Shown: one piece after another, positions 1-10,611 of the stretch
Layout: every line of letters begins with the position of its first letter
Position numbering within the stretch: position 1 is the stretch's first letter
Assembly: GCA_016906335.1 (NCBI GenBank)
Contig: JADEYG010000004.1
Location: 1,240,001 to 1,304,000 of the forward strand
From: Novakomyces olei
Taxonomy: Eukaryota
Length of the DNA stretch: 64,000 nt
Reading direction: 5' to 3'
Notes under the pieces: generated by a model
Database searches by the model: none
The model's input: only the letters and a program-made list of their open reading frames with translations
Told to the model about the DNA's origin: nothing
Translations under genes and position numbers: made by a program

Positions 1-3000
1 CTGATTGAGGTTGGGCGGGTTTACGAGCAGTATTCCGTCACAAATATGCCCACCCGTCTCCTGCGCCAGGCTAAACAGCTCGGGTTTTCCGACAGGCAGC
101 TGGCCAAGTTCCTCGGGTCGAACGAGATGGCAGTCAGGCGGCTGCGCTTGGAGTGCGGAGTGCGGCCGAGTGTCAAGCAGATTGATACAGTAGCGGCCGA
201 GTTTCCTGCGCATACAAACTACCTCTATCTAACTTATAGCGGCACTGAGAGTGACGTAACTTTTGAGGACAGAGGCGTAATGGTCCTCGGGTCCGGAGTG
301 TACCGTATCGGCTCCTCTGTCGAGTTTGATTGGTGTGCCGTAAGGGCAGTAAGGACGCTGAGGGATGTTGGACTCAAGACGGTAATGGTCAACTACAATC
401 CCGAGACAGTGAGCACTGACTATGACGAAGTCGATCGGCTCTACTTTGAGAATATCAGCCTTGAAACAGTGCTGGACGTGTACGAGGCCGAATCAGCTAG
501 TGGAGTCATCGTCTCTATGGGCGGACAGACGCCCAACAATATAGCTCTGGCTCTGTACCAGCAAAACGTCAATATCCTGGGCACTCTGCCCGAGATGATT
601 GACAGTGCGGAGAACAGGTACAAGTTCTCCCGGATGCTGGACGTGTTGGGTGTCGACCAGCCGGCGTGGAAGGAGCTGAGCAGTATCGAGGACGCTTACG
701 ACTTTTGCGAAAGAGTCGGCTATCCAGTTCTGGTGAGGCCGTCGTACGTTCTGTCTGGAGCCGCAATGAACACTGTCTATTCCCGAGACGATCTGGCCTC
801 TTACCTGCAGCAGGCAGTAGCCGTAAACAGGGACCATCCTGTCGTTATTTCAAAGTACATTGAAAATGCCAAAGAAATCGAGATGGATGCAGTTGCTAGG
901 GATGGCCAGTTGCTGGCTCATTTCATCTCTGAGCATGTGGAAAATGCGGGTGTACATTCCGGGGACGCTACGCTTATCCACCCGCCCCAGGATCTCGACC
1001 CAGAGACGATTGCCGGGATAGAGGAGGCCACAGTAAAGATTGCCAATGCGCTAAACGTGACGGGTCCGTTTAATATCCAGTTTATAGCCAAGGACAATGC
1101 CATCAAGGTGATTGAGTGCAATGTGAGAGCAGCACGCTCTTTTCCTTTTGTCTCTAAAGTAGAGGGCATTGATTTGATTGAGATTGCTACTCGTGCTATC
1201 GTCGGAGAGCCGGTAGACTTTTTGCTAAAGTCAAACAATAGTAATAGCAATAGCAGACGCAATATTGTGGGCGTCAAAGTGCCACAGTTTAGCTTCTCTC
1301 GGCTGTCTGGAGCCGACCCCGTCTCTGGAGTAGAGATGGCTTCTACCGGCGAAGTTGCCTGCTTTGGAAGGGACAAGTGTGAGGCGTACCTGAAGGCTCT
1401 GCTCTCGAGCAATCTGCGTCTGCCTAAACGCAATATCCTCTTCTCTGTCGGCTCTTTTAAGGAAAAAATGGAGATTCTGCCCAGCGTAGCACGGCTGCAC
1501 CAAGCCGGGTTCAGCCTGTTTGCCACGTCTGGCACTTTTGATTTCTTTCAGGAACACGGGATTCCTTGCAAGTACCTGGAAAGCCTTCCACACGGCAATA
1601 ACAGTGGCAATGCCAATGCCATTGCCAATGGCAATGGCAATAATAGTAGCAATAGCAATAACAATGAGGAAAAGCAAGAGTACTCGTTGACACAGCACCT
1701 GGCCAACAACCTGATCGACATGTACATCAATCTGCCCTCGAGCAACCGGTTCCGTCGGCCGGCAAACTATATCAGCGGCGGCTACCGCAGCCGACGGCTG
1801 GCGATCGACTACTCTGTGCCGCTTGTCACCAACGTCAAGTGTGCCAAGCTCATGATTGAGGCAATTACTCGCAAAATGCCGCTCCAAGTGTCCTCCATCG
1901 ATTTTCAGACGAGCAGCACTACCGTCAGTTTTCCCGGGTTTGTGGCATTGGACGTGTTTGCTCCGCCAATAGTGGGCTCTGCTGATACAGCACAAGAGCT
2001 GTCCCGGTCTCTGCTGGCCGCCGGGTTTGTATACACCATGTACGCTCCTGCTACAGGTCAGTCTACAGATCAGTCTACAGGTCAGTCTACAGGTCAGTCT
2101 ACAGGTCTTGAGGCAGAGCAGCTCGAAGGCCGATCGTATACAGACTATAGTTTAGCAGTAGCCGCCGACGATACAAACGTGGGCAATGTAGGAGCAATAG
2201 CAGGAACAGCAATAACAAATGCAAAAGAAGCAACAACTACAGCCTCGAGCCTTTATGTTTCTACGGAAAAGTGCAGTCTTTCTACACTGCCGCTCCATTT
2301 CAGCCAGTGGCCGTCGGGAAAGCCCGTGATTACACGCGCCGGCCCCGATTTGGCATCTGTGCTGCTATTGGCCAGTCTGCACAACCGCAGAGTGCACGTG
2401 ACTGGAATTACGCGTCGCGTAGACGTCGATCTTGTCCGGCTGGCGCGGTCACGTGGTCTTCAGATCACGTGCGACGCGAGCGTGTTTGCGCTCTTTCTCT
2501 CGACACGTGACTTTCCGCACTCGCAGTGCCTTCCGAGCGCCGCTGATCAGACGGGTCTGTGGGCCGCTTTGGATACGCTCGACTGCCTTTCCATCGGCAG
2601 TATCCCTTTGCTGCTCTCGGCTGAGCAGAATCAGCCAGCGGCCACGTGGATCGATGCCGCCCTGCCGCTCCTCTTTGACGCTGTCGTTAAAAAGAGGCTC
2701 TCAACGGACGACGTTGTGGCTAAACTGCACACTAATCCGTGCGCCATCTTTGGCCTCGACGTTGACGAGGCTGGCACTTTTGTCCAAGTTGAAATTGACC
2801 GCAGTTTTGTCTACAACGGCCACGACTCGTGGTCGCCTTTTAGGGGCCAACGGCTCTCTGGCACTGTCCAGCGGGTCTCTTTTCACCACGAAACAATGTT
2901 TCTCGACGGCGAGCAGTTGTCTCAAAGACGGCTTGGCACTGACCATGACACTGGTTCTTTGGCAACAGCCAGTGGGTTTGGTAATTCTGCCAGTGGGTTT

Positions 3001-4230
3001 GGTAATTCTGCCAGTGGGTTTGGTAATTCTACCACTGGTTTTAGCAAATCTGCCAGTGGTTTTGGTAAATCTGCCAGTGGTTTTGGCAATTCTACCACTG
3101 GTTTTGGCAATTCTACCACTGGTTTTGGCAATTCTACCACTGGTTTTGGCAATTCTACCACTGGTTTTAGCAATTCTGCCACTGGTTTAGGCAATGCTGC
3201 CGGCAGTGCCAGCACCTCTCCTACAGTACTGGAACCTCTCGTGCACGGCCACCACGAGCAAATCAGGTCGCTGGCAGCGCTCGTGAGCGGCACCTCCTTC
3301 TACAGGAAAAACATCATCTCTGTGAGTCAGTTTACACGCAACGATCTGCACTTACTGTTCCGTGTAGCAAGCGAGATGAGGACGATGGTGAACAGGTACG
3401 GCGTGTTGGATCTGTGCCAGGGCAGAGTGCTGATGACAATGTTCTTTGAGCCCTCGACGCGTACCTCTGCGTCGTTTGATACGGCCATGCAGAGACTCGG
3501 TGGACGCGTAGTGCCCATAACTGCGAGCACTTCGAGCGCTAAAAAAGGCGAATCGCTGTCCGATACGATCCGCACGCTCGAGTGCTATGGAGACGGCATT
3601 GTCCTCCGCCATCCGTCGGAGGACAGTGCCGCTATTGCCGCTCACTATTCCCGAGTCCCCGTTATTAATGGCGGCAACGGCAGCCGTGAGCACCCGACAC
3701 AGGCCTTTCTCGACCTGTACACGATCCGTGAAGAACTTGGCACTTTGAATGGACTGACGGTAACGTTTCTCGGCGATCTCAAGTACGGCAGAACTGTACA
3801 CTCTCTCGTACGGCTGCTCTGCCTGCACGAGAATGTGCATATAAACTTTGTTGCTCCTCCAGCACTCTCTCTGCCGCAGGAAGTGAAGGACGATATCGAA
3901 CTCTCCAGACTGACTTTTGCCGAACACTCTCAGCTTTGGGACTCCGTCATCTCCGAGTCGGACGTGCTCTACTGCACTCGCGTCCAGGGCGAACGGTTCG
4001 CCAGCCTCGAGGAGTACGAGGCGCTCAAGGACGCCTTCCGTGTAGACAACCAGGTCCTTGCCCACGCCAAGAAGCGGATGGTCGTCATGCACCCTCTGCC
4101 CCGTAACCGCGAAATCGCAGAGGAACTGGACCTCGATCCCCGTGTCGCCATGTTTCGAGCTATGCGGTACGGCCTTTTTGTCCGTATGGCCCTGCTCGCT
4201 ATGGTCATGGGGCCCACAATGGCTGCATAG
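1..4230 (+). CDS. URA2: Pyrimidine-specific CAD-like protein (CPSase C-terminal half, degenerate DHOase-like domain, ATCase); 5'-truncated by the window
   Basis: Frame is open from base 1. CPSase motifs VLGSGVYRIGSSVEFDW, PVLVRPSYVLSG and EHVENAGVHSGDA. ATCase motifs FFEPSTRT, HPTQAFLD and MHPLPR. The DHOase-like region lacks the HxH metal ligands. Confidence 0.97.
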   Translation: MIEVGRVYEQYSVTNMPTRLLRQAKQLGFSDRQLAKFLGSNEMAVRRLRLECGVRPSVKQIDTVAAEFPAHTNYLYLTYSGTESDVTFEDRGVMVLGSGVYRIGSSVEFDWCAVRAVRTLRDVGLKTVMVNYNPETVSTDYDEVDRLYFENISLETVLDVYEAESASGVIVSMGGQTPNNIALALYQQNVNILGTLPEMIDSAENRYKFSRMLDVLGVDQPAWKELSSIEDAYDFCERVGYPVLVRPSYVLSGAAMNTVYSRDDLASYLQQAVAVNRDHPVVISKYIENAKEIEMDAVARDGQLLAHFISEHVENAGVHSGDATLIHPPQDLDPETIAGIEEATVKIANALNVTGPFNIQFIAKDNAIKVIECNVRAARSFPFVSKVEGIDLIEIATRAIVGEPVDFLLKSNNSNSNSRRNIVGVKVPQFSFSRLSGADPVSGVEMASTGEVACFGRDKCEAYLKALLSSNLRLPKRNILFSVGSFKEKMEILPSVARLHQAGFSLFATSGTFDFFQEHGIPCKYLESLPHGNNSGNANAIANGNGNNSSNSNNNEEKQEYSLTQHLANNLIDMYINLPSSNRFRRPANYISGGYRSRRLAIDYSVPLVTNVKCAKLMIEAITRKMPLQVSSIDFQTSSTTVSFPGFVALDVFAPPIVGSADTAQELSRSLLAAGFVYTMYAPATGQSTDQSTGQSTGQSTGLEAEQLEGRSYTDYSLAVAADDTNVGNVGAIAGTAITNAKEATTTASSLYVSTEKCSLSTLPLHFSQWPSGKPVITRAGPDLASVLLLASLHNRRVHVTGITRRVDVDLVRLARSRGLQITCDASVFALFLSTRDFPHSQCLPSAADQTGLWAALDTLDCLSIGSIPLLLSAEQNQPAATWIDAALPLLFDAVVKKRLSTDDVVAKLHTNPCAIFGLDVDEAGTFVQVEIDRSFVYNGHDSWSPFRGQRLSGTVQRVSFHHETMFLDGEQLSQRRLGTDHDTGSLATASGFGNSASGFGNSASGFGNSTTGFSKSASGFGKSASGFGNSTTGFGNSTTGFGNSTTGFGNSTTGFSNSATGLGNAAGSASTSPTVLEPLVHGHHEQIRSLAALVSGTSFYRKNIISVSQFTRNDLHLLFRVASEMRTMVNRYGVLDLCQGRVLMTMFFEPSTRTSASFDTAMQRLGGRVVPITASTSSAKKGESLSDTIRTLECYGDGIVLRHPSEDSAAIAAHYSRVPVINGGNGSREHPTQAFLDLYTIREELGTLNGLTVTFLGDLKYGRTVHSLVRLLCLHENVHINFVAPPALSLPQEVKDDIELSRLTFAEHSQLWDSVISESDVLYCTRVQGERFASLEEYEALKDAFRVDNQVLAHAKKRMVVMHPLPRNREIAEELDLDPRVAMFRAMRYGLFVRMALLAMVMGPTMAA
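2968..3198 (+). repeat. 21-bp coding minisatellite, 11 units of (A/T)(S/T)GF(G/S)(N/K)S, in the URA2 linker
   Basis: Units such as gccagtgggtttggtaattct and accactggttttggcaattct read directly. Confidence 0.95.
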
Positions 4231-4802
4231 TGGTCTCGACTCTGGCAACTTGTATATACTAGATCAATACTATACCAATGGCAGTTTTATTATCCTTCAC
4301 AAGGCACAGAGTTGGCTCATGCTCACGTGCAGCGTATACGCCTGTCGGGTCGCGCTTTTTTTCTTTTTTTTTGCGGAGTGGAATTGGAAGAATCACCATA
4401 TCTTTTGCTCTGCCTCTGCTCGCTAGTCGTGGTTTGTGTTTATCTATTTATTATTTTATCTATTTAACCTGATTTATCATTATCTGTTTTATCGATTTAC
4501 CTGTTTTATCTATTTTATGTCAAGACGATATATTTAGATAGGCATATAGTAGAGACACGAGCATTCTGATTAAAAGAGTTGGCGGTTCACTATAGAGTTT
4601 TAAACTGAAATATCTTTTGCATTTGTTAATATAATCATCTTTCTACCATATGCCAGATATAGTGAAAACGATCGATTCATTTTTGTATATGTGTATTCCT
4701 TCAACTAATCCAGGTCTACCAAACTATCCTAGCAAACCCCAAACCTAATATAAGTTTGGGTTCTATACCATTTTCTCTATTTAATATATTTATCTATTAT
4801 CT

Positions 4803-4980
4803 GTTTTATATATTTTATATATTTTATATATTTTATATATTTTATATATTTTATATATTTTATATATTTTATATATTTTATATATTTTATATATTTTATA
4901 TATTTTATATATTTTATATATTTTATATATTTTATATATTTTATATATTTTATTATTTTATATATTTTATTATTTTATAT
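4803..4980. repeat. (TTTTATATA)n tandem repeat
   Basis: Read directly; intergenic between two convergent 3' ends. Confidence 0.95.
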
Positions 4981-5023
4981 ATTTATTATCTATCATATAT
5001 CGCGCGTCGACCTCACTAAACGA

Positions 5024-5337
5024 CTACGGCAGCCGTACAGCAGAGAGCATACGAGGAACGTTCTGGCTCAGATCCGCCTTTAGCTGCTCCGATCTACAAT
5101 GTCAACACTCGCATCAAAACGCACTATACTTTTGTCGCTGTTTATTGGACTGTAGAAATAAATGCTCTAAAGCCTTAATGTCAGCAATCGCCCATGGAAC
5201 AGCGTACCTTTTGAGTGTGGTTCAGCCGATCAGTGGTTGCTGCTGTATATGCAGCAGCCCGCCGAATGTTCTACTGGTTAAGCTGAAGAGGGCTGTGATT
5301 GGCTTACGTTGGACTGTCCAGAGCTGAGTAAATCCAT
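5024..5337 (-). CDS. Small 4-exon protein (68 aa), possibly KxDL/Kxd1-like; 5' end uncertain
   Basis: Exons 5337-5308, 5270-5208, 5173-5130 and 5093-5024 are joined by GT..AG introns of 37, 34 and 36 nt with branch-like motifs. The frame is preserved to TAG: MDLLSSGQSNNIRRAAAYTAATTDRLNHTQKALEHLFLQSNKQRQKSEQLKADLSQNVPRMLSAVRLP. Confidence 0.6.
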
Positions 5338-5508
5338 AGGCGACAAGATTGTTACCTCCTCGGAAGATTCATAGGAAGATTTATAGTTTAATTTCACACA
5401 GTTTCATAATTTATACCTTTTACTCTCCACATATTAACTGATTTATTTATTTATTTTGGCAAATCCTAGCGCGCTCTTGTCCAATCGCCTTTTTTAGCAT
5501 TATGATCA

Positions 5509-5522
5509 CTAACCCTAACCCT
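5509..5522. promoter_or_regulatory. Telo-box-like (TAACCC)2 element
   Basis: ctaaccctaaccct, about 170 bp upstream of the micro-gene ATG. Confidence 0.45.
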
Positions 5523-6350
5523 GATATTGTGGACACGTCTGATTTGCCAATTCTCAATCTTGCCGCGTTTCAATTCGAGCCACATCATAATCATGGAGAT
5601 AAATCACAAACCTGTCAGCTGTACTTTTGTCGTCGACCCAACCATTTGCTCTTTAGTATTTGCTAAATATTTGCTGTTGACTGGACAAAAGGTGTTTGCA
5701 ATTAATAAATGTAGCTAGGATGTAATACCTCGACCCTAATAATTTGAGTACCACTTGTATCCCTTAGTCGCATCACGATACACTAAATCTACGTCTTTAC
5801 GCTAAATGTGAGGGCTCCGGCCGCTCGTGTCTAATTTTGATTTGGTCTAATTTTGATTTGCAGCTTGGTCGTAGAGTGAGTCTGAGTATACTGTTACACA
5901 AAATTATATCGACTAATGTATTTTACCCACTCATTCAGCATTGCCGAATTATGTATAGCAAAAGATTAGCAAACTACGCATCTAACTTTGAAATGCTACG
6001 TGCATTCAAACATGCATATTACGAGTCGACTAAAAGCTATGTTTGACAAATAAATTGGATATTAGCTAAACGAATCAGTTGGAATCCATCATGGCCGACA
6101 TCAATATATACAAACTGCATCTAATACTCTCCAAACCAGACTGCTCCACTCATTTATACACACAAACTCATTAATATTCATCTCATAATTTATTAGTATA
6201 TAGCTCTTGACAAATACAATCGGCCACATTTAAACTACGGGGACAAGGCCCGCACAGCTTCATATTTCCATTCAATTAGAAACAAAACGCGGCAGCAAAC
6301 AGAGGCAGCAATAATGATAAACTTTTAACTGGCACCATGAGCTAGATTGC

Positions 6351-8201
6351 TCAAATAACGTTACCCTTATTCTGGTGCTTGTCCACGCGGTAGTTCTTCC
6401 AAACACTAATCGCAGGGATCAAGAGAACAAGAATGGCAGTAGCAGCAATGCACCCGTACCGCTGAGACTCGCCCCAAGCGTAATTGATAGCCTCGCGGGT
6501 CGGACTGCCCTGAGGGAACTCTAGTTGGGACAAGTAGCCGCCATTGTAGATAGTCAGGTAATTGGCCCTTTGCTCTGGAGGCAAACGCGACAGCAGTCGG
6601 CTCGGGAAAATGTTTGCGTTGATAGCAGCGGATACAGCGTTTCCGATAGCCCCGCCGACACTAGCAAACAGGGACACTAGCGAAAGCATCATGGGAACGC
6701 CCTCACGATCAGCTGCAGCCATTACTGCCATTTGGTAGCCGATTACCAATTGCCCACCGGCAAAGGCGATAAATATCTGGCACATGATGATGTAATTGAT
6801 ACTGCCTTCCTGGCCACGGAAATAGATCATCAGCCCGGCACCGAGGATAAACAATGGCACAGCGAAAAAAAGACAAGCGTACTTGAAATGCTTTGTCAGT
6901 CGGACATATGTGCCGAAAACGACGCCCCAAAAGCAGGAGCCGACATTGTAAATGTTGGTCATGTAGCCGGTGTAGGAGACGCTCAAGTTGTAGACGACCA
7001 TTACGAAATAATAAAAGTAAATGTCCCAGCAATAAAAGCTGAAATTGCTCGTAGCGGCAACCACACAGGCGCCCATAACCGTCGGCTTGCGGAACAATTG
7101 CCAGCGCACGAAATGCACACGGGCAAAGTACCGTTCCCAAAGGTAAAAGACGGGAAAAAGCAGTACTCCGATAATGATCATTACGATAAAAGTGGCACTC
7201 CTGTACTCGGCACGGCCCGCGGTTTCCAGGCTGAAAGGCAGCAGGAACAGGATAAAAGCGGCCATGATTAAAAAGCACCCAACAATATCAAACTCGTGAA
7301 AGTAGTAGTAGAGGGATTGCAGTAAGGAACGGCCCTCTGTGGGCTTGACGTACACGCCCAACCGTTCTGCTTTGCGCTGGTAGTACTTGAATACTGCCGC
7401 CAGAGGGATAAAGACAAAAGGCATAATAATAGCAAAAGCACCGTAAGCCCAGCGCCAGGTGGAATGGTTCAAAAACGACTGAGCTGCCAGTGGACCTGTG
7501 AAGGCAGTGCAAATGAACGGAGTGCTGGCAAAGGCAAAGGCAAAAGCCCTGTTACGCAGACCCGAAGTATCGGCGATGAAAACGTCGAGAATAATATAAA
7601 TTGCATCGTATCCGATCCAGTACAGCACGTACCCGGCCGCGTACCCACTGGGTCCGTTGCAGGCAGCGATGACTATAATACCGAGCACATAGATAATAGT
7701 GAAAAACACGAGCCCCTCTGCTCTGCCAACGACATTGAGGCTCTTGGCAATCGGCAGCCGCAGCACTCCGCCAATAATATTTGCCAGAATAGTGGCAGTA
7801 CTGACGAGAGGAGCAGCGGCAAATCCAGAGTAGGCGTTGAAAATGACGTTATTACCAATCATATTGTGCAAGGCGAGCATAAAGTACGACACCCAGATCC
7901 AAGCGTAGACACAGTAAACCGTCCGTTTAGACCAAACAAGGGCAACTGCCTCTGCCTTTTGTACACCAACGGGCGCCTGCTTCGTTGGCTGATCAGGATT
8001 CTGGCGCACTTCCCTGTCTTGCCAGGCTTCAATGCTGTCTGTGTCCGCTGAAACGGACTTGATCTCACGGTCACCGGGTCCTTGCTTCTCATTGGCCACA
8101 TCGGCAGTAGCCGCGTTGTCTACATTCTCATTGCTTTCCTGCTGCGGCTGCATTCGCAGCCGCGACTCGTCGCGGCCGCGGATAAAGTCGAGCACGCCCA
8201 T
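6351..8201 (-). CDS. Siderophore-iron MFS transporter (ARN/SIT/MirB family), intronless
   Basis: 616 aa with many TM segments. Family motifs [40 protein letters not shown] and [12 protein letters not shown]. Confidence 0.9.
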   Translation of the reverse strand: MGVLDFIRGRDESRLRMQPQQESNENVDNAATADVANEKQGPGDREIKSVSADTDSIEAWQDREVRQNPDQPTKQAPVGVQKAEAVALVWSKRTVYCVYAWIWVSYFMLALHNMIGNNVIFNAYSGFAAAPLVSTATILANIIGGVLRLPIAKSLNVVGRAEGLVFFTIIYVLGIIVIAACNGPSGYAAGYVLYWIGYDAIYIILDVFIADTSGLRNRAFAFAFASTPFICTAFTGPLAAQSFLNHSTWRWAYGAFAIIMPFVFIPLAAVFKYYQRKAERLGVYVKPTEGRSLLQSLYYYFHEFDIVGCFLIMAAFILFLLPFSLETAGRAEYRSATFIVMIIIGVLLFPVFYLWERYFARVHFVRWQLFRKPTVMGACVVAATSNFSFYCWDIYFYYFVMVVYNLSVSYTGYMTNIYNVGSCFWGVVFGTYVRLTKHFKYACLFFAVPLFILGAGLMIYFRGQEGSINYIIMCQIFIAFAGGQLVIGYQMAVMAAADREGVPMMLSLVSLFASVGGAIGNAVSAAINANIFPSRLLSRLPPEQRANYLTIYNGGYLSQLEFPQGSPTREAINYAWGESQRYGCIAATAILVLLIPAISVWKNYRVDKHQNKGNVI

Positions 8202-8519
8202 ACGGAATTGGATCCTCAGCTGGCGAGCGGACGTGGGAAAGGGTCACAGATCGGAGTCGGTAGTTGAGGTCAGGCAATTGATGCTGAAACAAGGGTTTAG
8301 TGCTGGCAGAGACGCTGGCAGAGGAGGGCGTATGAGTAGGAGGATTGAGGACTGTACCTTTGTATACTGCTCCAAGACTTTAAGCGCCCTGATCCTTCAG
8401 GTCCTGCTTGGGAATATAAGGTGTCTAGAACGCCCTGATGCTACGGGTCCTGCTTGGGAATTTAGAGTGTATAGAAAGCGAGTCAGAGTGGTAAGCGATA
8501 ATGTGGGAAGCGAGCCCTG

Positions 8520-8610
8520 TTTATATAGGCGCGACCGGTTTCAATGCCATTCTCGCCTTATTTTTCTGGAATAAATTTTATCAGATGGTTGCCTGATCTT
8601 GTTATCTGAT
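8520..8610 (-). promoter_or_regulatory. TATA box plus two ATCWGATAA iron-responsive GATA sites
   Basis: Minus strand TATATAAA near 8520-8527, ATCTGATAA at 8578-8586 and ATCAGATAA at 8602-8610, upstream of the siderophore transporter. Confidence 0.7.
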
Positions 8611-9114
8611 GGTTTCGAGCGCTGCCGCTTGTGATTGGCTGGAACGGAAAATTTTTCATCATTGTTGCTCGGCGCACACGAGTTGCCACACTGCCGTAAA
8701 TGAAATCGTACCGAAAACAGTATATTACTTGCGCTTATTGGGTTTGAATTCTATCGGAATTTTTTCACTCTAACGGTTACTCGTCCGTCCTATTGGAATC
8801 GGCACGTCATTGTACCGCGCGACAGCCTAACGAGCGAGAGTGTGTGCGGTAAACAGACGGCCTTTTATATAGTTGAGTCAGCGAAGTGTATAGTTTGGTC
8901 AGCGATGCTTTCCGTACACCAAACCAGTCAGGGATAAGTGAGGGTTTAGTGCACAAGGGATTAGTAAGCAGCGAGGGCGGTCGCCGTCTTGGCTGGGGTT
9001 CTAGTTAATGCCGACCTCCGCTTACTCTACCTTTGCTCAGCACTATACTGTACCGTCCAAGGTATCGAAAATGCCAAGCGCTAGCGTCCACTAAGGACAG
9101 CAAGTTACTATATA

Positions 9115-9300
9115 CACTTATTCACGAGTATGAAAATTACGAATATGCTAACAACGCACATGTAAATTACGAGTGTTGTAATTCACAAGTGTTGTAATTC
9201 ACAAGTGTTGTTCAGTGTTTTTATTCACAACTGTTTTTATGCAGTGTTTTTTCACAAGGGTCTGTTATTCACACGTGTTGTTAAATACACGTGTGTAATG
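9115..9300. repeat. Degenerate ~16-bp repeat (attcacaagtgttgta-like)
   Basis: Several imperfect copies read directly. Confidence 0.7.
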
Positions 9301-9623
9301 AGGTACCGTAGAATACGTACTAAACGTTATATGCACTAAACCCGGGGAGCAGTTTACAACACCGTCAGCGTTTGCAAAGTAATACACATTAATACATTAA
9401 TACATTAATCCACACATATTTAGTAAGGCATGGATAGACGACAGTGTATGGAAAAGGCCGCACTTTGGCCGAGCGTGGGCAGCATGTGACCTTGCCTTAA
9501 TAACAATCTAATTAACTCATTCCCGTACCGTAAATTCCACCAGCAGTAGCTGCCTGGCTATTGGCGCCGTTTACGTCTCACGTATTACGTTACTAATTTG
9601 TGGGACAAGAAGGAAATGCGCAA

Positions 9624-10049
9624 ATGCCATTTGCCCTGCTTTGTTGCGGAGCAGCTCCTTCTCCACAATCGTCAGTCGGAGATGGTGCTGGCAAATGCCC
9701 CGGGTCGTCAGACGCTTACCTCGACGACATACCGGGCCACAGTGCTTCAGGGCCGACTGGAAAAGAGCTGATGCGGATATTTGGCAGCATGAACTTGGAC
9801 GATGTAATTAGTGCATCCGGTCAAAATGCGAGTCTTGTTCCCGTTGTCTCCAAGGCCTTTGATCGCTACAACGACAGCCCCACCAATCGAATGTACTCGC
9901 AGACAGTGTCGAGCGTGGAGCCCTGGAAAAGGCTGAATGCGGTGCCTAAACGAAGTGTCAGAAAGACATCGAGACCAGGGTCGGAGTTGCGCCGGCGCTG
10001 GCGCAGCTCTTTGGACAGAGCTCGTATTTCCATGTTTCGCAACAGTTGA
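9624..10049 (+). CDS. Hypothetical orphan protein (~141 aa)
   Basis: ATG at 9624 in a GC-richer island. Upstream tactaat...aag could be a branch site and acceptor. No recognisable domain. Confidence 0.4.
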   Translation: MPFALLCCGAAPSPQSSVGDGAGKCPGSSDAYLDDIPGHSASGPTGKELMRIFGSMNLDDVISASGQNASLVPVVSKAFDRYNDSPTNRMYSQTVSSVEPWKRLNAVPKRSVRKTSRPGSELRRRWRSSLDRARISMFRNS

Positions 10050-10611
10050 TTATGGCCATTGGCACGGCCAGGTACAAGTGGACTCGTCAAAGAGATTGAA
10101 GAGGAAAAAAAAGAAAAAAAAAAAAAGGCAGTTGAGGCCAGTCCAGTGGCAATGAAAAGTGTATGGAATGCCGGCATCCAGGCAGCCGGCAGCTTTTACA
10201 TTCACAGTATGAGTCTGCCTTGCCACCGTGTACACCAGATTTGAATTATAATTCTCTGAATTCTATCGTGTATCTATCGTAGCAACACTGGATTTAGTCT
10301 GTCTTGTCAATCAATAGTCTTTTCAAGACGGTATAAAGAGAATAAACAATATCAACAATATGATGAACAACATGAATCTAAACCTTTGGCAGGCATTTGT
10401 GGTCTGTAGATCTGTAGATTTTTCGGGTTTTATGTTTTTAGGCTTTTTGCTTTTCGGCTTTTTGCTTTGCTTTTTGCTTTTAAGCTTTTAAGCTTTAGGG
10501 TTTTAGGTTTTCAGGGGTTTCCTTTCACAATATCGATGTATGTTTTTATCCCGATAAGGACTAAAACTAATAGTACAAGACTACTTCTATATTATATATG
10601 TGGACCGTACA

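Noticed and set aside
586..1326. Alternative CUG decoding, suggested by CTG at a usually Ser position (GTLPE, 586-588) and TCT at a usually Leu position (DPVSGVE, 1324-1326) in URA2
   Set aside because: Many other CTG codons fall at conserved Leu positions (VRRLR, RTLR, VLD, GLTVT), so the standard code fits and these look like isolated substitutions.
1921..2940. Degenerate dihydroorotase domain as a novelty or pseudogene
   Set aside because: An inactive DHOase-like domain is the normal state of fungal Ura2.
8855..8875. U5 snRNA loop-1-like GCCTTTTAT
   Set aside because: There is no flanking stem or Sm site; it reads better as a TATA-like element.
9425..9499. 7-bp inverted repeat taaggca/tgcctta as an ncRNA or MITE
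   Set aside because: Too short, with no box motifs, no convincing target-site duplication and no second copy in the window.
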